Below, piece by piece: positions 12,592 through 21,498 of a DNA stretch of 64,000 nt (position 1 is its first letter; every line of letters begins with the position of its first letter). The stretch covers positions 2,914,001-2,978,000 of the forward strand of contig JAYWIR010000006.1 of NCBI GenBank assembly GCA_036172245.1, in the 5' to 3' direction. The notes beneath the pieces are model-generated. The model made no database searches and was not told the DNA's origin. It was given only the letters and a program-made list of their open reading frames with translations. This DNA is from Raillietiella orientalis. Lineage: Eukaryota. The position numbers and the translations under genes are program-made.

Positions 12592-15500
12592 CTGAAACCC
12601 GGGAACGGGCGTCTCAGAACAGTGGCGGCTTCTCTTCCTCTCCGACCGCGGCATGGGAAGGGAAAGGACGTTGGGAGGAAATGCCACAACGCGGCGCGAG
12701 AGAGAATCTGCCAGGCGACAGCGCGCGGCCGGAAAAGCAGAGGAGGCGTCGCGAACCGACCAACTCACCATGTCGATGATGGTCTTCCGTATCTTGTAGC
12801 GGTCCTGCTGACTGAAATTGGCCAGGATGTCGCACTCGGGTTCGTTCTGCATCATCCTAAACGCGAGGGAGAGGCTGTGGTTCTCCAGGACGGACACGTC
12901 ATTGTAGATGATCGCCAGGTTGGTTGCTGGGATGGCCGGGAAGTATCGTTTGGAGGACCCGGAAGCTTCCGCAGCAACGCGAACCGCAAAAAAAAAAAGT
13001 ACCTGTGTTAATGAGGTACTGGTTGCTGAATCCCGGATGGTGGACGTCGTGGATGGCGGCGGCGATGATAGCAGAGAAAATCTCCATGGAGTCCAGCGGT
13101 TTCTGAGCCGGAGAGAACCCGGCTTTTACTGGGGGACGGGCTTCTGCCGAGGGCCATCCTCACCTCGACCCGCGTCAGGTTCAGCAGGCAGTGCGTCGTC
13201 TGTGTGACGTCGGCGGCGTGGACAGAGCTGTGGTAAGGGACGTTCTCATAGTGGGACTCGATCTTCATCAGGAAATTCAACATCGTCCTCGGCGGTATGT
13301 GGAACTCCTGCAGCAGGTTGCGCTTCTGGAATTCGGATCGGGTGAACTGAGGGGGACCGCGACCTCCACCGTTCCGACCTCGAGGATGACGTAGGTGACG
13401 GCGGTGAGGGGGTAATCATTGCAGTAGCTGCTCAGGCAGAAGATGTCGATTCCCCACTGGTCTATGCTGCCCATCATCTCTTCCAGCTCCTTCTCCATCG
13501 GAGTCTGCACCCCCCACCGAGGTATCACTTCGGGGACGCTGTCGCTCTGAAGGCGTTCCTTGGAAAGGTCGTCGAGCTCTTGTATCTCTGGAAGAATCGA
13601 AGTTTCTGGTAAGGCACGGAGACCATGGACTCTGTACGACGGGTAGGCAGGCGTATAGTGCTCCTTGGCTGCAATCAGAGGGATGAGCAATCTCCAGGGC
13701 CGTGCCAACGCACCGACCAACCTAAGAACGTCGCGCAGATGAAATCAGATATTTGGGTCCCTGCTGACTTGTCCGAGACGTTGCGCACTTCTTGATCGAT
13801 TATCCTCTTGAACTGTGGGCAAGTGAGAACACCGTGTGAGTGCGCAGGCGAGAAAAGTGTCCATTTTGTAGAAAACGAGCAAGGGGGAAGCAAGGAAACC
13901 GAAATACCCCCTCCCTTCCGAAGAGCTCAGGAGGTCCCATTCCCGGCGTTTCGCAAGGCTCGAAATTTCGCAAGGAGCGCCCACTTCACCAACAGGGCAT
14001 CCACGGTGCAGGGTCAGCTTGTCCTTTGGGCTCACACAAGCGCTCGAGGCTAAAAACGGTCCATCGCAGGATCCAGGATTTCTCATTCGAATCGTTATAG
14101 AACGGTGGAGAGGAAAAACGCGGGATCGGTCCCCTGTATCCTAACGAAACATCTAGCCGTTCCTCATGCCTCAGGTTGCCAATCTGCGTTACGCGCGTCT
14201 CACACGCGGCTCGCAATGTGACAGACCGACAACACTTATACGCCGTCCGCAACGAGGTGCACGCCCGAGGGCCGTCACGGGAGACTGCGACTCGTGCAAG
14301 GAGAAGAAAAGACGTGGCAGATGAGTGAAGAAATCTAAAGGAGCTGAAACTATTCAGCGTCGCTTTAAGGATCTGAATTACGAGCGGGAACTGTCCCATG
14401 GCAAACACGGCAGTCGCTTTTGGGCAAGTCGTGTCTCTCTTTCTCGCGCGCGCGCCCTTTTTTTCCTTTTTCTGCGTATGTTCCTGAAGACATCTCTTCC
14501 AGCGTGACTGCGTGCGGTAATCTGAAGGGATAGAGGAATTGACGGTTCTTCCACATAGCAATACAGTCCAGAGCACAGGAGAGTTAACGGAAAGTCACGT
14601 GCTAATACAAAGCGTGTTTGCATAAGGGAAGAACACTGTGATGAATATCCCATTGATACAGAGAAGTTACTACCTTCGATGAAGCCATATTTTCAACGGA
14701 TCTGTGGGCTTGTATGTCTTTTAGTTGCCCTACACACCATCTAATGTCATTCAGGATATCTTCAGATAAACGGGCGTATGTTTCATCTATAAATAGCATA
14801 AAGAAAACGAAAAGGAATTAGGAAAGTTTGCATGTAATGCGGGATACATGTATTTCAAATGCCTTGAGTAGTAACTGACCTCCTTGAACGCTGGATTTAC
14901 GCTTATCAACGTACTCGGGCAGTTCCTGTGAATCAGCATCCTTGCTAAAATTGTGTAATTTCAGTCAGTGCATTGATCTCTGAATTCACATATAAAAAGA
15001 TGACAAGAAGGGGGGGGAAAAAAAAAAGTTAAATCTTTAAAAAGTTTGCGCTTGTCTTGCAGCTAGCATGTCTTTCCGTTCGGATTCTGACGATGCGAGA
15101 CGAGACTCTTGAAGAGTGCCAACGTAAGTAAAAAGAAACAATCCGTTTGATGTGCAATCATCAGTCACAACAGATCGTATTTATAGCAACGCGTGTGCCA
15201 AATTTACGTCTTTCCGAGTGGAGGCGCAACGTTCGCGCTGCACGCTTTCGGGCTTGGGAAAGTGCGCTCGCACGCGCACACACAAAAGAACGAGCAACGA
15301 GTCAAACAGCATCCCGAGAATTCGAATCTAAAAAACGCGACGTGACGGTGCCATGTGATATCGTATGAGGGTCTCGAATGGTTGGCATAAGCGGAAGTGA
15401 GGAATTCTCACGAGACCAACCTTTACATGAACTTGGGAGCGGGTGTGACTTTCAAGGAAGCCAGACGGATGGGGACATCAACGCACGGATCCGGCACGTG

Positions 15501-15819
15501 CGCGACTTGTGCAGGAGCTCGAACCGGCGTTCAACAATGAACCAGAGCCGGCCGGCAACAATGCTGCTCTTCGCGAACCGGATCACCCAACAATGAATCC
15601 GAACCGGACGCAACAATGATAGCTGGGCTCAAGTGTGCCCAGCTATCACTGCTCAAGTGTGATTTCCGCACTGCAAGCAGAATTCAAGCAGCAGCACTGG
15701 TGGGTGAATGTACTTACGATGATTCTGGAATGTTCGCCAGGTAGCAGAACTTACTGCGCAGATTGGTGAGCTTGCCCAGGATCTGCGCATACGGGGGGAT
15801 CAAAGGATCCTCTTCTTCG
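12061..15819 (-). CDS. PDE4: cAMP-specific phosphodiesterase 4 (dunce/PDE4 family), spliced. Exons 15819-15718, 14944-14880, 14786-14674, 13812-13722, 13668-13379, 13325-13164, 13102-13003, 12926-12769, 12591-12061
   Basis: Class I PDE motifs [49 protein letters not shown] and SQITF are present, along with PDE4-type UCR1 ([12 protein letters not shown]) and UCR2 (WCVGQL..MASSK|FKR) segments. All introns are GT-AG and exon phases chain without a frameshift to the TAA at 12061-12063. Confidence 0.95.
12769..12926 (-). CDS. PDE4: PDE4 exon ([17 protein letters not shown]...IIDM)
   Basis: Acceptor cccag|CA and donor ATG|gtgagt; 158 nt, phase 1 to 0. Confidence 0.93.
13003..13102 (-). CDS. PDE4: PDE4 exon ([24 protein letters not shown]...LINT)
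   Basis: Acceptor ctcag|AAA and donor ACAG|gtactt; carries the HD metal motif; 100 nt. Confidence 0.93.
13164..13325 (-). CDS. PDE4: PDE4 exon (KRNLLQEF...[10 protein letters not shown]...TRVE)
   Basis: Acceptor ttccag|AAG and donor GAG|gtgagg; 162 nt, phase 0 to 0. Confidence 0.93.
13379..13668 (-). CDS. PDE4: PDE4 exon (linker and start of catalytic domain, ...QWGIDIF...[11 protein letters not shown])
   Basis: Donor GAG|gtcgga and acceptor attgcag|CC, giving a 53-nt intron. An alternative in-frame acceptor ttccag|AG at 13588/13587 cannot be excluded. Confidence 0.85.
13722..13812 (-). CDS. PDE4: PDE4 UCR2 exon (FKRIIDQE...[10 protein letters not shown])
   Basis: Acceptor cccacag|TTC and donor TTAG|gttggt; resembles PDE4 FKRMLNRE...VSEFISNTFL. 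Confidence 0.9.
14674..14786 (-). CDS. PDE4: PDE4 UCR2 exon (ETYARLSED...WCVGQL...MASSK)
   Basis: Acceptor tttatag|AT and donor AAG|gtagta; resembles PDE4 EAYQKLA...LDWCLDQLE...MASNK. Confidence 0.9.
14880..14944 (-). CDS. PDE4: PDE4 small linker exon ([21 protein letters not shown])
   Basis: Acceptor ttttag|C and donor GAG|gtcagt. Its 65 nt exactly bridge the phase-2 donor at 15717 to the phase-1 acceptor at 14787. Confidence 0.75.
15521..15618 (+). repeat. Array of four GA(A/G)CCGG-N3-6-CAACAATG units in a PDE4 intron
   Basis: Units start at 15521, 15545, 15575 and 15601, each ending CAACAATG. Confidence 0.85.
15718..15819 (-). CDS. PDE4: PDE4 UCR1 exon ([29 protein letters not shown])
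   Basis: Acceptor tttttcag|C and donor TC|gtaagt; resembles [24 protein letters not shown]. Confidence 0.88.
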
Positions 15820-18000
15820 CTGAAAAAGCAAGAGAAGAAAAAAAACTTTATTGCAAGGCACAAGGTAGTTGCAGCAGCCCGTGGGAACTCTCTCGAAGTC
15901 AAGGGGAGACGGAGAGGGATGCTTTCCGGTGGAAAAGGCTCACGTCAAGGCGAGGAACTTGTTTGCACTTTCGCATGAAAGTGCAAAGAGGTTCCTTTTG
16001 CGGCGTATGGGGTTGCTTTTTTTTTCTCTCGCTCGAGGAACGTTCCAGCGCGCGGTGGAACGCCGCGCAGTGCCTCCACGCGCTCGGGAACGAGGTGTTC
16101 CCGGCCGACTTTCCACGAGGATCGCGTGCCCCGAGTCCCGCTTTCCCTGGACGGAGGCAGAGGAACAAACTCGTTCGCTGCCGTCCTCGACGGAGCCACA
16201 CGATGCAGACGCGCCGCCTCGGATGACGGCGGTTCCCGCTTTCGCAGTAGCGCCAGGGGCTGGGAGCCGGCCGCTTCCGACTGTCCACTGTGGATTCGGG
16301 TAGGGGGACGCGCGCGAACGTTCCGCAGGCGCGGAAGGCAGGCGACGGCAATGTTCCCTTGTTACCAACGTAGTCGAGGGTTCTCGCGCACGTATGCGCG
16401 AAGCGAGGGGAAGGAGGCACCACCACACCCATGCCCGCGGCTCTACCGCCGTTGGGGCGACCCGTCGCAGCAAACAGCAGCAAAATTACCTGCTGACCGG
16501 GAATCTTTGCCCGACCTTCGGCCCTCGGTTCGTGTCGCCTATACACAGATGCCTGCATTTCATCCGCAGCGCGCTGGTACTCTGCGTGCGAGGTATGCCG
16601 CGGAGCTCCTCCATCTTCTTCCGTCGCTTGGACACGATAAGCCGGATGGACCGCCGCCGCAGACTCTGTCGCCGCTGCGGCCGTTCCGCATGCGTTCCCC
16701 CTGCACGCGAGTGGGTCTCTTAATTCCGCCCGCTACCCGGCAGCGGCAGCAGCGCGCCGCCGTTGGGCTGCCTCACACGCGAACGCGAGGAGCGACTGCC
16801 TCCCACGCCTCGCGCGGTCGGCGCGGGAACTCCCCTGGCACGGTGCGCTGACGGAAAAGGCGACGCTGTCTCCGCGTGGTGGCCGCCGCCGCGGTGTCGT
16901 CGAGGACGAGCGTGGGGAGCGGGAAAAACAAAGCGTAGTCGCCCGATCAGCCACTGATCCCCTCCTTTACCCTCTCACGGTTCCACTGTCGCCGCTCTCT
17001 CGAGTCTTGCCTCTCCCCTAGGGCAACCCAGTTCTGTAGGAACAGGGAGCTGCTCGTGCCCTCATCCTTGCTCTCTCCTCTCTCTACGGGATGGACACCG
17101 AACTCGGTGAAAAAGGGAGGGAGGAGGGGGTAATGCCGCCTTGCCGAGCGCCGGCCAGCAGTCACGGGCAGCTTCTTCCCTCCTCCGCTCTCCCTGGAAG
17201 GTGGGAGGGCTGTCGAATCACGCCGTAGTAGCAGCAGTGGTTGCCTGGCAAACACAGCCGCAGGTCTGTCAGTGACCACTTGATCTCGGGTGGCGCGCGA
17301 GAAGCGATGGGCACCTGCTCTCTGCCAAGGTCGCCCCCGCCAGGGGCCACCCGGCCATCCCCGGAGGGAAGGAAAGTCATCCGGAAGGCCTTCGGAGGGT
17401 GGAGGAGCATAGAGAAGGGGTGGGGAGGAGTGTCCCCTTCTGCCGCCACAGGCGATCGACCTGGTCGACGAGGGCGAGCACTTTTTGAGCGGCAGCAGCG
17501 GCGGCCTTCCTCACCAATCGTCCACGACCTCGGCTACATCCAACGGGACGGGCAGGGCTAGCGGCCGCGCAGCTCGGGAGCGCTCCTGCCCCTTCCCTGG
17601 CCACTGGGAGAGTGGGGGCACCGTGCTGATACCGAGCTGCCCCTTCCTCCTCCTTCGCTCCCTCCCCATTTCTTTGCCCTCATCCAACAAAAACAGGGGT
17701 AGGAGATGGGAGGGGGGAGCGAAACCAACTGGAATGACCGGGAGCCTCGGCCTCGTATCCCATTTTATTGCTGCGATCACTTTCGGGACTCCACTCCCCA
17801 TGTGGAGTTCCCAGGGAAGAGAGAGTGGGGAGAACGCCGGACGACGGGAGAGCCCTGCGTGCGGCTGGGGCGCCGTCGCCGAGCAACCTACGGACGTCCT
17901 CCTCCGCATTCGGTGCGTCCCCTGGGGAATGCAAGGAGGGGAAGGCAGATGTGGCGGGAGGAGCGGGGGCGATGGGTCTCAGGGAGGAATAGGTCCTGAC

Positions 18001-18263
18001 CTGTCCGCCAGCTCCTCTCCGCCGCCGCCGCCTTCGCCGCCGCCGCCTGGGTCTTCCGCGCACCGCCGGCGGAGCACCTGCACGGTGTGCGAGGTCGTGG
18101 AGCACTCGACGTGGCTCAGGCTCTCTTCCAGCGCCCGCGGCCGGTCGTCCCCGCCGGACCTGCGGAGCAGGCGCACTACCGGGAAGGCGCAGCGGGAACT
18201 TCCCCCCGGGGTCGCCGTCTCCTCCTGGAGGTAAAAGGAGAAGCGGCTCTTCTGCGACTGCAT
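18001..18263 (-). CDS. Candidate upstream or first coding exon of PDE4 (MQSQKSRFSFYL...ELAD)
   Basis: ATG at 18263-18261 and an open frame to a phase-2 donor AG|gtcagg that matches the phase-2 acceptor at 15820. Only weak resemblance (KSRFSFYL) to UCR1 RRESFLY. Confidence 0.5.
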
Positions 18264-21220
18264 CCTCGGGGGACGACCCTCGTATCCCGCCGCGAGCGTC
18301 CCTCACTCTGGTTCGCGGGGGGGGAAAGTTTCCGGGACGGCTGCGGCGGCGGCGGCAAGCGACGGCGCGCGGGCCGCCGCGCAAGCGCGCCGGAGAGTTC
18401 CTCCCGGAGGCCGCTGCCAAGACCTGCCTTCCCCTGCTTCCCCTTCCACCGCTGAAACAAACACGGGGAGCGGGAAGAAGAAAAAGGAAAAATAAAATTC
18501 GGGACGTCGGGCAAACATGGAACGGGGGCAAGGAACTTACGGCGGCGGGAAGGAAAACGAGGAGGAGGTGGAGAGTGGATGGGAAAGAGGCGCAGCGTTC
18601 GCGACCAGACCGGCTGGGGGCGCAGCTCCTCGTATCGCTTTTTTTTTGTTTTTTTTTGTTTGGTTTGCACTATTCATTCTCCTTCCCCCCGGCCCGTTCC
18701 GTCCCTACCCCCTTCCCGACTTGTCCCTGGGTGGCTGCACCGGTCCGGGAGAACGTCGATCGGGGGAACGCCGAACGTTCGCGCGCTCGTGGCGGCAGCA
18801 CTGGGAACGAAAGAATCAACCGAGTGACCTCCCGACCAGGCGAGGAGAGAGCTAATTCTGTCCCCGCAGCAACGTAGTCCGGGCACAGCAGCGCAAGCTG
18901 TGGCGGCGGAAGCGAGCCCAAGCGGATCCGAAGAGAAACCAAAAGTGGCGCGTCTCGGGTGTTTGCTGAAAGATGATCGAGCGCGCGTCCTGCAGGCCAG
19001 CGCGCAGATAGAAGATCCACTGCACTGCACCCACCCCTTTCTTCCTTTGTTTTGTTTTTTTTTGCCTGTCCACCCGAAATCCTCGCTTCTCCAAGGCCAT
19101 TTCGCCACTGCGTTCGCGTGGAACCTTCTTTCCTCCATATAGGGAAAGGGGAAACCCCCACGGGGGGAGGGTATGAAATCCTCACGCATGCAGTCCATCG
19201 GAGGGATGGTAAACGCTCAATGAAAGACGAACCACTTAGAATTTCTCCCCAGTTACCCTCTTTCGGTGCTTCTCGGTCAGCCAATCAGCTGATCAATCAG
19301 AGCGAAGCGAATGCAGGGCTGCCAAGACTCCCTTCATTAGAACATCAAAAAGTGTTTAACGAAGGCTTATGGGATAAAAAATTGCGTGCCGCTCCACACA
19401 TTTCCCCCTTGTGATGACTGAGGCCGGTCCCCAGTTCGCTTCCCCCAATTCCCGACACATTCCCACCAGCGTGCAGCACGTTCAAGAGATGCGCGCTCCA
19501 CCTCGGAGGGGAGAGATGCACAGGTTCACACTGGTGCGGATCGATACGGCCAGTCCTCGTTTCATGCGGTATGAGAGCGTTTTACGGCAAAGGGCAAACT
19601 TGTAAAGAGAACTTTCCAACACCCCACCACCACCACCAAGTACCACGAAGTGGTGACGTCCATCTCATGACGAAGCTGCTTGTATTGTATAATGGACGAA
19701 CCGTTCAGCTTTTCTCCCCCCTTTGCAGCTCAGGAGAGCACCAGCTTCCCAATGTTTTCCCCGAGGCAGACCACTGCTGGACCGCGTCGCCGCACTCAGC
19801 GGTCGAGCCGCTCGACGGACCGACGGCCTTCTGGAGGCAGTTTCGAACTTTCCGGGGGTGAGTTCGAGCTCGGGACGCGCTTCGGCTCCCCCACACCCAG
19901 GAACGACTCGTCGCCTCTCAAGCACGCAGCCGGGAAAGACACCCGCGGGTTTGTCACCCTGCCTTGCAGCAAGGCGCTTTCCTTCGCCGACCACGTGGAA
20001 TCAACCTCCGAGCGTCGGTGAGATGTTTGCCCGAGCATGTAAGACCCGCTGCAGCCAGGGTGCTTCCATCCGGCCCCTCACTCCCCGTCGCACAAAGCGA
20101 AACGGACGCGGAGCGCGTCCTCTCCCGGAGAGATCCCGCTGCCGAGGCGACCGTAGCAGCTGAAGAGAGGAACTGGTGCTGAGCGGCAGAGGAAAGATTG
20201 GAAACGCTAGACGAAGGAAGGAGGGCATCGAGAGATGATGAAAAAAAACAGAGAGAGAGATCGAAAGAAGGACTTCATGGAGCGAATCTGCTCCTAGTAT
20301 TCCCACATTTTCCCCCTAGCAAGTGGTGCCGGTACGACGTCAATCCCGCGTAAGAGACGAGCGAAAGATTTATTTGCATCCTTTACAGCTCTTTTGGGAT
20401 CAAGAGAACTGCTGCTCCTCGGCACTGGAGTTCTTTCGCTGCTGAGTAGTTAACGGATGTGAGGTTAGCGAACGCAAGGACCCACTTTGTTCGGTTCCCC
20501 GTGGAATCCCTCCTCCCCTTTCATTGAAACCAACGTATCTCTTTGGTCGCTTATTTTTTCTTCCTTTTTTCTGCGCTCCTCATCTATGGAGAGTCTCAGA
20601 AGAAGAAACCGCTCGTGAGGAGGGCGATCAAGTAGTCATTTGCTCTCGAAGAGCTGCACGCGCAAATACACTTTCTTGGACACGTGTACAACCGTCATTT
20701 TTTTGTACAGACCTTTCTAGGGATGCAATCCCAACTTCGTTTGGTGAGAAGGGGTCCGTGGGTGTGGAACATACGACGTCCGCGTGCGATCAATACATTC
20801 CCCCCTTATTATTCCACCTACTAGCACATGGCGCACGTCCAACAGTCTGGAATTCTGCCGATATGAAGAATTGAAGTGCGGTTTCCTTGACGATCGAAAC
20901 GCAAGGAAGAGAAAAGAACAAAGACGAGCAAGAGGAAGAAGAGGTCCTCTTCCTACAAAGAAGTGGAGAAAAGGACGAGAGGAGCAGGAGGAATAGAGGA
21001 GGAGGAAGGGAGAAGGAAGAGGAGGAACGGACTAGGAGCTGGAGGAAAAGACAAGGAGGTGGTTTCTTGGAAGATGTCTCTCGTTCGGAGGCAGCCTGCC
21101 GACCTCGGTGAGTCCAGTGAGGGTAAGAGTTTGGTCCTCTTTCGCACGCCAGACTTGCGCGAGTCTGAAGCCTCGGCCGTCCCTGCCCCCTTAATCCTGC
21201 CTGCTCCCTCACTGTCTCAC

Positions 21221-21498
21221 CTCAACGAGTCCTTCGAACCGTCCGAGGAGTGCGAGATGGACTGCTGCGAGGTGGACGGTTGCGTGCTGGATGGCCGTGT
21301 GCTAGACGGCCGCGTGCTGGACGGCCGCGTGCTGGACGGCTGCGCGCTGGACGGCTGCGCGCTGGACGGCTGCGCGCTGGACGGCTGCGCGCTGACAGGC
21401 TGCGTACTGGACGGCCGCGTGCTCGCCACCGGTGGCGTCTCTGTCCGACTCTCTTGCGGCTTCCACGGGAGGGCGCGCAAGACCAGCTTGCCCGCTAG
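21221..21498 (-). CDS. Candidate Ser/Pro/Thr-rich exon containing the 15-bp repeat (possibly a PDE4 long-form N-terminus)
   Basis: Acceptor ctccag|CTA, open frame, donor AG|gtgaga. Followed by a 56-nt GT-AG intron and an open 61-nt segment at 21164-21104. No homology recognised. Confidence 0.35.
21271..21420. repeat. 15-bp tandem repeat, 10 copies (GCTGGACGGCYGCGY)
   Basis: Directly visible; reads SS(A/T)(Q/R)P on minus or (C/R)(A/V)LDG on plus. Confidence 0.95.

Noticed and set aside
12121..13011. 296-aa plus-strand ORF
   Set aside because: Antisense shadow of the GC3-rich PDE4 exons.
14655..14666. GATACAGAGAAG matching the U6 snRNA ACAGAGA region
   Set aside because: Only 12 nt; the flanks do not resemble U6 and run into a PDE4 exon.
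15521..15618. CRISPR-like repeat/spacer appearance
   Set aside because: Repeats of 7-8 bp and spacers under 12 bp, no cas genes, and located in a spliceosomal intron.
17515..17625. Possible extra PDE4 exon ending in a phase-2 donor TG|gtgagg
   Set aside because: No convincing phase-compatible acceptor and no homology; left unresolved.
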